A stretch of 63,997 bases of DNA, counting the filler, from Salisapilia sapeloensis CBS 127946 (Eukaryota; Protista; Oomycota), in assembly GCA_023334545.1 (NCBI GenBank). It is 11 parts of 11 records of this genome, joined end to end, with 100 filler letters (N's around TTAATTAATTAA, not from the genome) between each part and the next. Parts side by side here need not be neighbours in the genome. Positions count along the whole stretch, not along the records: positions 1 to 25,980 come from JAADVB010000244.1; 10 more parts are not named here. One strand, 5' to 3'. Shown here piece after piece: positions 1 to 11,891 of this stretch. A model generated the notes under the pieces. It ran no database searches. It worked only from the letters and a program-made list of their open reading frames with translations, and had not been told where the DNA came from. Position 1 is the first letter of the stretch, and each line of letters begins with the position of its first letter. The position numbers were made by a program, and so were the translations under genes.

Positions 1-1599
1 TACAGGATGCTTAAATACTGCCCACAAGCGAATACAATAGTTCTTTCATGCGGTTGCCGATTGTCCTACCTAAAACAGTAGCGCTTTTCGTTATCGATCA
101 GCCTAGAGATAAAGATTTGAAACGCACACAAAACGCATACCACCTTTTGATTAGCTAAGAAAGCTTACGTATCTCGGCTTCAGTGTAATATGATCACAAG
201 TCTGGAGCAGGTAATTTGCGGCTCAAAAGCCTTGTTTAATTTACGACAGCACCTTTTCATAGCCGCGACCTCAAGTTACCCATCAGTATGCGTAGGGGTT
301 TAGAAAGCATAGCGCAGCTATGTCATATGTGCTGACAAATCAAAGGAAGGTTCTCGTTATCAATACTTAGACGATCTTTTATTAAGATAGCTCTTGTCCT
401 CGGCATACCAAGTTCGTGATGAAGCGGAAAGTCGGAGCTCTACGTCGCAGTGCCATAGTTCTGAACAGTAATTAGACGAATGCATTCAAAGGGTAGCTCA
501 TGCGAAGTGTATGTTTTGCATTTCCATATGACGATACTCTTCATATTCACTTATCAGATCCGCTGTGCAGGTAGATAGTGAAGATCTACTTCGGATTACT
601 TCGAGCTTTATCAGCTGCAGACTATCAAGACAATGTCAAAGCTTTCAAAAATTTCTTCTTGTTTGGTCTTAAATGGTCTTTTCAGCACATGCATACTATT
701 TTGTACATTTATTTCGTTTTGATTTCGTCGCTAGAGACAAAAGGTGTACATATGGTATAGCTTGATCTGATTGTTGTTCTCCATTTAAATGTCAGTATCC
801 ATCTCAAGATTTAAAAAATGCTTAGACTGGAAGATCAGCAACGCATTAGTTCAACATGATGAAATGACCATGTGGCCTGCGGCCATCAGTTTTTCTTTCG
901 AAGTTTCATTTGTGAATGCATCCGCTTGAGGAGCATACTTCTGTTCTTTTGAAATGATACCAGTAGAAGTTTGCCTCGTGTTTCGATCATAAAGTAGGAG
1001 GTACCAAGTTTTAACAGAAACTCTTTGATAGCAGGATAAAATTCGATTTGTGTACATTAAAAGGGTTTTAGTTATGTGCTTTCCTCCTCATCATGCACTC
1101 GCAAGTTCTTTGCGTAATAAGCACGGTCTATTTGATAGCATCGTTACCTAGGTCTAGTCACTTGCAAGGTTAATGCACAGTTGTTGCAATAGCTTACAGT
1201 AAAAAGCTGATTTGCTCACGAGCAGTTAGACGCCACTAGGTGCAGAAGTTTAGTACATTTGAGACACAGCTTGATCAAACAAAAGAAGTTATTTATGTAA
1301 TGATTGGCTTAAAGCATTCTTGGTAAGTTTACTTGAGATAACTTGAACTCTAGCTTTAGCAGCTATTCTAATAGCTGATTTGAAGTGTGGCCAAAACAAC
1401 CATTGCCCAAATTCTTGCGTGAGCATTACGAAATGGCTATGCATACTACTTTGCTCATCAATTAAGAAATTGAAGACGGTAACAGGAGAAATGCTTAGCA
1501 ATCTTTCAAGTTTTTTTTCTAGGTATAAGTTTTATTGGTTGGCATTAACGCACCTTTGCTTTTGTTATGTTGCCGATGTAAGCAAAATCGTGTAAATTA

Positions 1600-1740
1600 T
1601 GTTGAGATATGCTGCTACTATGACGATCTATGTTGCCACTATGTTGCTCTGTGTCGCCGCTGTGTTGAGGTAAGCTAGTAGGCCATAACGACAACATAGG
1701 TCACCATAGCGACGACATAGGCCGCCACAGAGCACCACAA
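1600..1740. repeat. Degenerate 10-11 bp-period CTATG/CATAG minisatellite, two halves in opposite orientation
   Basis: ctatgacgat-ctatgttgcca-ctatgttgct-ctgtgtcgccg (1600-1670), then gacaacatag-gtcaccatag-cgacgacatag-gccgccacag (1682-1740). Confidence 0.6.
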
Positions 1741-1838
1741 GTTTGTAGATGTATTCAAGCAAAGTCGAAGCTATAAGGTTGAATCTTACACGGATTTAGT
1801 AGTTTACTGGTAATCTACACTCATCACGATTGACACCC

Positions 1839-2274
1839 ATGACTAAAACAACGATATTAAATGCAAGAGCAAACATCACAGACACTTCGACCACAATGAA
1901 GAGCCAACAAGATCACAGCGCCTGCAGCACGCGCGACACAAGATCACAGCGCCTACAGCACGCGCGACAACAGCAAGGCGCTTGAAAGTATGCAGTTTCT
2001 ATTACAACAGCTTCTATGGGTCCGTCTGACAGAAAACGAAGTGCTCACGGACCTCATGAGACTTGCATCAAGTAGCGTACGCGAGCTCGTCGACATGATG
2101 GATGCTCTTCGTACGAAGATTATGGAATTTGACGAAGAAGCGTTGAACGTGGCATCGAGACAAGGCTACGGAGCAACCATCGACGACAGCGAGACTACCC
2201 ATGAACTCCTGGACCCGCTTGCCAATGAAATGAAGCAATTAAATAAAGGACAAGATGAAGGAAGCGTAAGGTAA
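1839..2274 (+). pseudogene. Hypothetical ORF frameshifted by a 31-bp tandem duplication
   Basis: ATG at 1839; removing one 31-bp unit puts it in frame with ORF 1990-2274. No recognisable domain. Confidence 0.4.
1907..1968 (+). repeat. 31-bp tandem duplication (2 copies, 1 mismatch)
   Basis: acaagatcacagcgcct(g/a)cagcacgcgcgac at 1907-1937 and 1938-1968. Confidence 0.9.
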
Positions 2275-2413
2275 AGTAGTCCTGTTAGCTTCATTATGCA
2301 TTCCATTCGCTACTCTGATCGTCGACATGAATATGTATCTTTTGTACTTTCAACTGCACGAGAACGCCTTCTTTGTATAACTATGCCTTGTGATCGCTTC
2401 ATAGGCTGTGCAT

Positions 2414-3181
2414 TTACTTCTTCGTCTTCTGTGACCCGTTTTGCAGCTTGTGATACTTTTTTCTTTCTTCAAATGTTGGTCCAATATCCGGATACTTGGT
2501 TTCTGACGACGTAGGGATGAGATTGAGGATCCGTATCCGCATCATATCCATCTGCTTGCTTCTCATACTAGCATGACTGAAGCTTTCGTTCTTGTTTACC
2601 TGCATGTCACACATCCCAATGATGTAGCATCCACAGTTACTTCCGTCTCGCTGAACTGGAAACTCGATCTCATCTACGATCGGTTCTGGCATGGGAATGT
2701 TCTCCATGTCACGTTCCCACCACGTACGTAGAGTTGTTAACAATTCCACCCGATCATGGTGCCTAATTTCGTCAATGTAATATTGACTACGTAATGGGTC
2801 ATAAAAACCCACAGCAAGACTGTATTCGTCGGGCATTGTCAAAATGTGCACAGTTGCCAAGCTCCAGTGTACGTTTCCAAAGCTTATTGAAACTTACAAC
2901 GTATCCACTTCCGTGATATTTTCGATTGGAGCCACGAAAGATTTTAAGACAGGATCGAGTAGACCAATTCGATCCTTGTGTCTGCAAATTGCAGCGATCC
3001 TAGCCGTAACTACTGTGTCATTTAACCACACAGATCCACAAATCCTTCCGCTCAACTCTTCCATGCTCAATCGTACCTCCCTTTCTGCCCCACGAACGAC
3101 TTTGGTGACGGCGATTGACGTCATACCTAGTGCTGTGGCGCACCTTGCAGCCATCTTCGTTATTAATTCTTTCGATAACAA
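2414..3181 (-). pseudogene. Ulp1/SENP-like (C48) cysteine protease with one in-frame stop
   Basis: ORFs 2894-3181 and 2414-2860 share a frame, separated by TAA at 2894-2896. Motifs WLNDTVV, NVHWSLA (His), FYDPL (Asp), QRDGSNCG (Gln/Cys). Confidence 0.75.
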
Positions 3182-3332
3182 CGTTGAAGGCTACAAATGA
3201 TACCTCTTCTCGTCGACTCTGCTGGATAGCCACTTTATGTCGCGGTTTATCTCACGAATAAGATCCTTGAGCTGGTAAAACGTCTCCAATTGATCTACGT
3301 AAGCTCTATAAGTAGTAACCGATAGATTAGTA

Positions 3333-4136
3333 TCAAATGCACTCATGTAAATGACTCATGTACGACGACATAAATGCTAATAAAGCAACATAATTTTTCT
3401 CTAAAGACATAGTATTGCACTTGGCAACATAGTCCGCAACATAGTCGGCAAAACGACATGCAATAGGTATTATAGAATGGAATACGTACTCCGACATTTG
3501 CATACTCCGTGGTCCTAGCTCAACTATAACTTGCTTGTCCTTCCAATCCTTGTCTTGCGTTTCCATACCACTGCTGTCCAAACGGACGCCTTCTCTTAGA
3601 CCCTTTTGCTGAAGGCGACGCTTAGCCTTTGACGCTTCAACAATTGCAGTTGAAAGCGGACGAGCCACGACGAAATTTGTCTTCCGCACGCGACCAAGAA
3701 CCCCGATGTAAGCTTTGACATCTTTGCGGCTCTTGTGCTGGTACTTTATTGGCATCATACCAAATACGGCTTGTATCTTTCTTCGTGCTGTTGACCTAAC
3801 ACACAGTATGAACGTGTCGAGCGACATTGCCGTGCCTACATGACTGCTCGAAAGTACACGACCGGCTGAAGGTTTCTTTTCCTTTCCAATAGAAACGATC
3901 GAAGGAAAGCCTGCCTCATAGGCAGTTCTGGAAACGTTGGAGCGTGCATTCTGTACGCGTGGCTCTGTCATATCAAACTCATTTAGCACTGAAGTGACTA
4001 ACGTTGACGAGCTTTCATCTGCTACCGAGCCCCGAGCATCACATCTTATACGCTTTCGTATGCTTTTGCTCTTTGTGCTGGAGTGCACTTGCTCCCTCGC
4101 CGGCAATATAACACTTTCTATCATATTAACTCTCAA
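3333..4136 (-). CDS. Hypothetical accessory ORF within the MULE-like element
   Basis: 267-aa open frame between SWIM and Ulp1 segments, same strand; no domain recognised. Confidence 0.4.
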   Translation of the reverse strand: MRVNMIESVILPAREQVHSSTKSKSIRKRIRCDARGSVADESSSTLVTSVLNEFDMTEPRVQNARSNVSRTAYEAGFPSIVSIGKEKKPSAGRVLSSSHVGTAMSLDTFILCVRSTARRKIQAVFGMMPIKYQHKSRKDVKAYIGVLGRVRKTNFVVARPLSTAIVEASKAKRRLQQKGLREGVRLDSSGMETQDKDWKDKQVIVELGPRSMQMSEYVFHSIIPIACRFADYVADYVAKCNTMSLEKNYVALLAFMSSYMSHLHECI

Positions 4137-4896
4137 CTAAACGTAGAAGATAAGAATAAACTAGATAGGCATACCTTGCTTGTAGCAATCGGAAAGTGCA
4201 TTCATCGTTTTGCTCGTCCCATTAACTTCTGTAGCATCTTTTTTAATGTCTATCCAGCAAATTTGAGCATAAACGAAGATCTGGTAATCTAATGCTAACT
4301 TATGTCGGCAACGTTTTATTCTTACCATCCCTTTGGGCTAACATCGCAGTCGTCTCTTCGTCAGCAACGCTCTCTGAATCGTAGGATTTGCCGGAAGTGT
4401 CGTTACCAGCTACTTATGACGATTCTATGTCGATTTACAACACTCTGCTTAATATGTAGATCCAAATGTATATATGAAATCGTGTCAGCTTTTACCTTCC
4501 TCAAATTTCTTCACAAGCAGACGTCGAACTAGTTGAGCAACTTGATCTTCGTACAAGGAGCTTTCGCTTCGGCTAGACACTTGGGCTGATGACGAAGTCC
4601 GTCGATTCCACTCTATTGCACGTTTCCATAAGTTAGTAAGTGTCTGGAACGCTAAACGATATGTATGAGCGAGCAATCGCCAAGCTACTACTCATAACTA
4701 TGGTTAAATCTATTAAAACAAACGATAGAGTGAGCCGTACCTTGCGATTGTGGTCGAGTAGTAAGTTGACTTCCAGCATTTGGCAAACCTGGTGTTGCAT
4801 CTTCCCGACCAACCAGTGTACCTACACCAAATAGACGTGTGAGATGGCCAAAGCTTCATATCATTACAAAATTGTCAACAAAAGCTCCCCACAACG

Positions 4897-4955
4897 TCGA
4901 TATAGAGCGCCATAGCGCAACATAGCTCGCCATAATGTCGACATATCTCACCATA
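4897..4955. repeat. CATAG-type ~10 bp-period minisatellite
   Basis: gatatagagcgc-catagcgcaa-catagctcgc-cataatgtcga-catatctcac-catag. Confidence 0.55.
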
Positions 4956-5421
4956 GTTTGAGCACAGTAGCAAAAATAGATAATATACAAGTTTTACCTT
5001 TGTCCAAGAGCTTGTTCGTTTGCTGAAATACCTCTAGGGAGTGAGCCGACAAATTCAGATCCATTGCTAGCATCTGAGATGGAGGTGTTGCTGTCCCAAG
5101 AAGGAAGTACTCGTCGATATCCCCCAAGTTTCCGCCCATATGCATGTCCGTGTCGTCCTTTGCTGGAAAAGCGTTTTTTCAATCAGCGCTCTTACGTTGA
5201 TGAGGCACCTTTCCTTGGCTGCATGTCGGTGTCTTACGGCAAAGGTCACCATCGTCTTCATCCAGATAGCTTTCTTCATCAGACTCATGCCCTGTATGCG
5301 AAATAGCCTCCATGAGTACTTGACTTTCCGTTTCGTCTCTTTTATAAAGCTCATATCCAGCTTGCAGAGATTCAGCGCGAGGCGATGCGCTCTACTTCGA
5401 CGTAAATCGGGATAGAAACTG

Positions 5422-6976
5422 CTAAGTAAATATCACAACCGACGCAAATGCTGCTTTATGATCCTCGACTGACAGCTTAGATAGCAAGAGCACAAGCGGT
5501 TCAACTAAGTTGCGAAGTTGATTGTAACATATTTGTTGCTTTCCCTCATCACTAACAACATCTAAGGGCTTAGTGGTAATTTGGATCTCATCCAGATGGC
5601 AATGGCTAGATTGTGTTGATACTATATCATCGTTTCCGCTTACTGTCAATAAAGTAGAACCAGAATTTGGCAAGACTCGTGCTGCTGAGCGATAATCGTC
5701 CACCGCTTGCGCAAAGGCCGATATCATCTTTCTTGTCCTTGACATTTTCCACCGTGGGTTGAGACCATCTTCAGGATAAACACGTAGTCGCTCAGCTCCA
5801 TGTAAAATCAGCAACAAATGCTGGCATGGCAAATGCGTTGAGCAATAAAAGATACACATACACGTATACCGAGAGGTATCGACGGTCTGGACATTTGGAG
5901 ATGCTTCACAGCTTCGGATTTGGTAAGTCGTGCTATCGTCATAAGCTTCATGCCAGTTTTTGACTTGCTCCATTTTCCTTTCTGCGTAGCTCCATTGACT
6001 ATGCACAAGCCGAGCACAGTATTTGCTCAACTGATCGTTAAGATGCACCAAAAATATCGACGTCTGCCTTTCATGACGATAGGTACTATAGAAGGATATA
6101 ACCGAACTGTTGATTGTGTTTAGTACTGTGGCATTGTGCTCAAGGACGTCGGATATGTATTGTGCTAAAGATGTTTTCCGTTTAATACAGCCTTAAAATG
6201 CTTCCAATTACTTTCGATTCTGTTTGACGTCGTGTTTCCAACGGAAAAGTAGTTACCACGAAGATGCGTCGCCCATTTATTTGCACACGACATCCAATTG
6301 GTTTCGAAGTATCTGCGTAATGCGTGGTTCTCTCCAGAACACAGCTCGTACAAATCCACTAATGTGTTATCAAAATTGAACTTTGTTGAAGCGTGAACCA
6401 AACTGGAGCATAATGATTCAGCGCGCTTACGATCGACTCGTGGGATACCATACTCAATCTTTTCAACTCAAATTTAAGGAACTTGATAATGTGAAACTGA
6501 AATAGTAGAATTTTAGCGTCTGGAAACATGGACTCCAGAACATTCCATTCTTTAAAGTCCTTGTCGATAATGAAGGGCTGAACACGCTGTGCAGGAACTT
6601 TATAGGAACTAATAAATTGATTTAATAGCACCCTCATCATGTCCTTGCTATGCGAATCTGTTAACATATCGCAAACAGGCACTCCTCTTCCTGTTGGAAA
6701 CGTTGCAACCAACGTTGCCATCGAGTAACCTAGGTTGTTTGTCCCATGGGTAAAGTCGAAGATGAGAGACTCGCCGTACTTCGACATTACTTCTCGGTGT
6801 ATCTGCGATTGCATATATACCCCTCGTAAAATGTTTAAAGCCGATTTAACCAGTACCACGTCGCTGCCTTTTGCATGAAAACTGTCAAGCATTGCTACAA
6901 TTTTCTCTTCTGTTGTTCCTTTCATAATCTGCGCGAATAAAATTCGCGCCTTCTGGCCTGTATACGATACATCCAT
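5422..6976 (-). pseudogene. MULE transposase (RNase H-like core + SWIM zinc finger), frameshifted
   Basis: LIFDFTHGTNNLGY...FIIDKDFKEW...LFQFH (6359-6976); FETNW...NTTSNRIESNW (6165-6401); SWIM YTCMCIFYCSTHLPCQH (5422-6051). Fragments are in different frames. Confidence 0.8.
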
Positions 6977-7369
6977 TCTCTCAGAGATAACTGATGGTAA
7001 GCTTCGAGAAGGAGTGCGCGCTTAAACCATAGCGCGAAGCTCGACTTGGAGCTTTTCGTCCGTAACGTTGGAGTTCAGGTGATACTGTGCAGCCCACTCT
7101 GGTGTCAACTCGTGGAAATGCGTTGTGCACTAGCATTGTCATAAAAGCATTTGTATGCAGGTAAGTAAATCTTCTACAACACATTGTGATGGTAGCGTTT
7201 AAGCTAAATACATATACTAGTCTTCATCTTTTGAAAACTTTAATGCTTATCCATCATTTAAGCAATAACACTTATTTAAAAATATGCATGATGCTATAGG
7301 GATATCTAAGCACCGAAAGCAACCTAGATACGATTCATAGGTCATATACGCTTCCCACAATGCACCACT

Positions 7370-7480
7370 AGACCTACATAGGTCACCATAGAGCAACTTT
7401 TGGTTAACATAAGTTGCCATAGGACGCCATTAGTCTGACATAGGTCGCCATAGGATGTCATTCGTCCAACACAGGTTACC
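7370..7480. repeat. CATAG-type ~10 bp-period minisatellite
   Basis: cataggtcaccatag (7377-7391) is identical to 1695-1709; cataggtcgccatag at 7439-7453. Confidence 0.6.
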
Positions 7481-7735
7481 GTTGAATGAAATTAAGCCGG
7501 CATTAGCAAGCATAACTATGTGGTAGATGTATGGGTGATAGCATCAAGCTCATTGTTCATGTAGGAACAATATATACATACAAATGGTTGTACCTCACTC
7601 GTAGGGGTAATGTCAAAGTCTTCATGAACCTTGACGACTTTCATAAGGATGCGAACTGGACTTCCCACGAATCGATCACTTCTGCCCGGACGCTCGACAG
7701 TTGATCGACTATTTGCAAAACAACCGTGCGTAGAA

Positions 7736-8218
7736 TTATAGCTGACCGAGGCGTAAGTAAAGCGGGCTTCCGGTAGCCGCTTCTCTTCTAATTTGACACT
7801 TTTTGTATGCCGCTATCCCCATTGACGCCCGTCGACGGTATTTCGAGAAGGTAACAGACTCATAAGCAGCAATAAATTTTTGTGCTTCCTCCCACGTATG
7901 AAAGGCTCGGTCTTTTACTGTTGTTACCGTTGAGCGCACTTCGGAAGCCTTAGCGGTAAACTCGGATCGATGCTTGTAGGTACTTGTCCGACGCATCCGA
8001 TTCAACGGCTTAAGTTGCTGCTGTGCATCATCAGATCGTCGCTTGGTCTTGCGTTGCCTTGCGCGCTCTTCTCTTCGTTTCTTATTGCCAAAGGTATTTT
8101 CCAGCACCAAATCATCGTCAGAGGTGTGCTCAGTACTGCTGGAGCTAGACTCATAGGCAGGATATGTTTTTGAAGCGTCATACGAGGATGCCGACGACGG
8201 AGATCGTGTGCGTTGCAT
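7736..8218 (-). pseudogene. N-terminal (FAR1-like) fragment of the MULE transposase
   Basis: RAFHTWEEAQKFIAAYESVTFSKYRRRAS resembles the N-terminal domain of FAR1/ZSWIM-type transposases; lies upstream of the core on the same strand. Confidence 0.45.
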
Positions 8219-10262
8219 TGATACCTTCCTTTATTTCTTTTGTTCCTGCTGTACTCTCGCTATTTCAACCGATGACTTGGGCGAGGATATATATCTAGTC
8301 GACTTAGAAGCGGATCCCGTCTTATCTTGACTTTTCAATTCACTTTCTGTTTCAGTCTTATTCTCATCCAATGTCGATGCAATTTCGGCGCGTTCCTTGG
8401 ATGCTGCTTTGCGTTCTCCTGGAATATAATCTTCCGGTGTGCTATCAGACAACAGCTCATCATCTATGAACCCCAGTAAAACGTCAGATGGGCACGTTAA
8501 AGCAAATAAAACAGCAGTTAAAGTGCAAGTTAAAACAAGCAAAGCGTTACCAAGCTTACTCTGATGTTTGATCTTCTTAGCTGCGTCTAGACCTTTTAGC
8601 ACACTTACCACGCCTGCTATCGATAAGATTTGTGTATGCATTGGCGGCTAGTACATAGCATGAGTTGTATATAAAGCATTCATATCAATATTAACGCACC
8701 ATTATTACTTACTATATACTTCTTTCTCTTTCCTCGCGCAACTTTTCCTGAAGGCTTCGCTGACTCAAGTTGTCGCTAAAGCTCGTAAGCAAATACTGCA
8801 TTTTGAACAATGCTAGTATAAATAGTGAGCCGAGATAAATATCCAAGTTATGCAGTACCGTTGCGTTGAACCTTCAAATCTTGAGCTTTCGCCAGCCTTT
8901 TAGCCTCCTGTCTTCTTTCTAGCCGCGCTTTGTTTCGAGATCGAGCTTGTTGAATCAATTCGTAGCCTGATATGCCGAGAAGAGTAGGCGCGAACGTATC
9001 CATCGTGTTCTCTTTGTCAACATGACCAGAACTCCGTAAATACGGCGGCGTCATCATCCTCTACGTCGATGACTCGGAGCTCATTTGGAGTGCATGGAGA
9101 GCGCAGTTATAAAAAACGAATGGCTTAGAGTGAGTGCTGAAATGTGCTTCCAAGTGGGTTTCCACTTGTCTTCACTATGAAGATTTAAACGTGAATATGG
9201 AAACTTGGTATCTTTCTATGAACTTAACGCCTAAGGAAAGAATGCCTTGGTAGCTGCAAATCTGATTTATTGATTCTTGTTCTGTGTATGGACTTCGCTT
9301 TCTACATATACCTGGATCACCCATCACGACGCAGGTGCGTAGTTACCTCATCCGTGCTGTAATCGTTGGGAAAGCTAAAACCTACCTTTTAAAAACTAGA
9401 CTCTATAGCTTGCGCTTGAAACTTTCGTATATTAGGTTGAAGTTGTATTCATTTCTACCAAAACAATTTTTTTAATTATGGTGCGTTAACGCGTTAGACT
9501 TTTTATTTATGTATCTACTCTTAAGAAAGCTTTTTTGGAAGTGAGATACATTGATATCAAGTTATTTATAATGTCTAGTGTCCTTCCCGAGCATGCAACT
9601 AGCGCGTGCTCGCCTACCGGCCCAGCCATGCGCCGAAAAGGTCTTTACCTATGGTCTATATGTAGACTATATACTATGTATCCGTAAGCTCCATCCATCG
9701 TCCTCTTTCAGTCATCAATTGGTTTGAATATGGAAGCTAAGAAAGCTTCATCTTACGACAGACATACAATTAATGATGAGCGCTGTGCAAGGTAAAGCAT
9801 GTAAAGTTCTAGATATTTTCGTATATTTCCTATCGCTTCCATAATCTGGATATGTTTTTTTCTAATGATTGATCATTATCTGCTGTATGAAGCCTGTGTC
9901 TTCTTCGTAGCCATGAAACTTGCGTCAATATCATCAAATACTATGACCTAGTGTGGCATCTCAGCTACTTCATTTAAAAGTTTCACTAATGCATCACGTT
10001 TTCCAACCAGTTTCGAACAACTCACTGGCAAATATGTCTTCCTAGAGTGACTCTGATGATATGGTGCCATTATATGTTTCTAATAGTGTGTCTTCCTGGA
10101 TGCATGAGCCCAGAGGCTAAAAAGTAACTTATCAACCTAACCAAGCATCTTCAGTCGACAGCCTACACACTAACACAGGTTCTACCGAATTCTCAGCTAT
10201 ATCTAAAAATAAATTTTGATTTCGTTTTCCGCTAACACACTCGCAGCATCCTTTTTTGCCAA

Positions 10263-11014
10263 ATGGATGGCACGTCTCCACCAAGAAGCACAAGCAAATC
10301 CTACCGCCTTACAGCCAAAGTACCTGATGTACCGCTAGATTACTCGTTCATGGGTCTTTCATCACTTTCAGGTATGTATAGTACATTGTTTGAAGCAAAA
10401 AGTTCTCTCTTTAGATTTATAATTTTGGAACAGAGATGTTAAGGCAGGACCCAGTTGGAGGTAAACGAAAGACGGAAGATCTCTACCCGCTTGATATTGG
10501 GAACACGACGGATATCTATGAAGCTCCTGCAGCAACAGAGACCCCTGCTTTGTCACTAAGAGTGAACAATAACCAGATCTCACATCTGAACGATATTGAT
10601 AGCACTTTGGAAAAGTTATTTACAGATCCTTCTCGCTTGCAATGGATTGATTTATCTGGAAATGCATTGACGTCGATTACTTCGACTGCATTCGCCAAAT
10701 ACAAGGAGATCTTTACGTTGCATCTGCACGGAAATAAACTTAAAAGGTATTCTGACATTGATCATTTGGCTGCCTGCTTGCCAAATTTGCATTCACTTAC
10801 GCTTCATGGAAATCCGATTGAAGAGAGGAAACACTACAAGAACTATGTGATCTCTTCATTTCCAAAGCTTCAGCAGTTTAACTTTAGTCGAGTCACCAAA
10901 GGGGACAGATCGAAAGCCGAAACATGGGCTGCAATTTATCACAATGCCATTGAAGCTGCCAGAGAAAATAAGGAAATGCGAAGGTTGAATAAAGACCGTG
11001 AGTATCGGGACTAG
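10263..11014 (+). CDS. LRRC51: Leucine-rich repeat protein, LRRC51-like; 2 exons (10263-10371, 10434-11014)
   Basis: PLDYSF N-terminal motif, LRRs (LQWIDLSGNAL, LHLHGNKL, LHSLTLHGNPIE), LRR cap YKNYVISSFPKLQQFNF. GT-AG intron 10372-10433 keeps the frame. Confidence 0.75.
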
Positions 11015-11856
11015 AGCTATGACGAATAGACGAATTTTAAAGCTAAGCACTTTACATTTTATGAAAAATTGACAGTGAATCTCTGCATTGGACCGAAAAA
11101 CTAATGACTGGGTTTGATGACTAGCTTTATACACAAGGATCCAACCGAATACTTCATTCGCCTATCTACTAATTGTAGACAATACCGAGTATGACCGGAG
11201 AAGATTTTTTTGGTACAAGACAATAGCGACCTACTTTGCGCGGGCAAAAACCAGTATCAGATTTTGGTGATCGTGGAACTATAGCCAAACCAGATCACCG
11301 CGAGCTTTTATAAATGTAGATACACGAATGTGTTCTCGATAGTGCGATTACTCTTCGAAATATATTTGGTTATGCTGGAAGAGATAACCTCATAATCTGA
11401 GTAGTTTTTAATAACTCCTAGATTCGTAAGATGCAGAGAAGGCGTACATTCACCTCAACATCTTGCTCACGATGTCACATTCTAATATGTTTTCATGCGC
11501 ACGATTGCGGACGTGTCTGTGAACTTCTTTGCTTGTAATTAGATTTCAGAGAACTACCTGGTGGATAAATACAAGATGCAATTGATCAGCTTTCAGTAAT
11601 TCTTATGTCACTGCACAGACCTGGCGAGGAACTATTTCATTTAGTCTCTATAAACTAGGACACTAAACAAATGCAAGCCTTTTCAATTGTAGAACTTACC
11701 AAAGTATTTGTACACGAAGCGTTTCATTTCTACGTAAAAGTATATCTAATCGCTCATACAGAGTATGTGTAGAAACCTAGGAGTGACGGTGTTTGATTAC
11801 GCAACCTTGATAGAAAGTTAGATTTCAGCACGTTACGAACAGTTAAGGACACGAAT

Positions 11857-11866
11857 GCTCACTTTT
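11857..11866 (+). promoter_or_regulatory. Oomycete Inr-like core promoter element
   Basis: GCTCACTTTT about 25 nt upstream of ATG 11892 fits YCAYTYY. Confidence 0.35.
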
Positions 11867-11891
11867 ATCCTTTTCGACCAGCGAAGGGAGC

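Larger units (their letters stand above)
1839..9057 (-). mobile_element. Decayed Mutator/MULE-like DNA transposon with Ulp1-like cargo; boundaries approximate, no TIRs identified
   Basis: Co-oriented minus-strand fragments in the expected order: FAR1-like N-terminus, MULE core, TTSNRIES segment, SWIM finger, accessory ORFs, Ulp1-like protease. Confidence 0.55.

Noticed and set aside
1-1600. Short ORFs and a possible decayed gene at the window start
   Set aside because: Frequent stops in all frames and no assignable motif.
1546-9490. TTAACGCACC at ~1546, ~8691 and inverted at ~9481 as transposon termini
   Set aside because: Only 10-12 bp, flanks do not extend, no target-site duplication.
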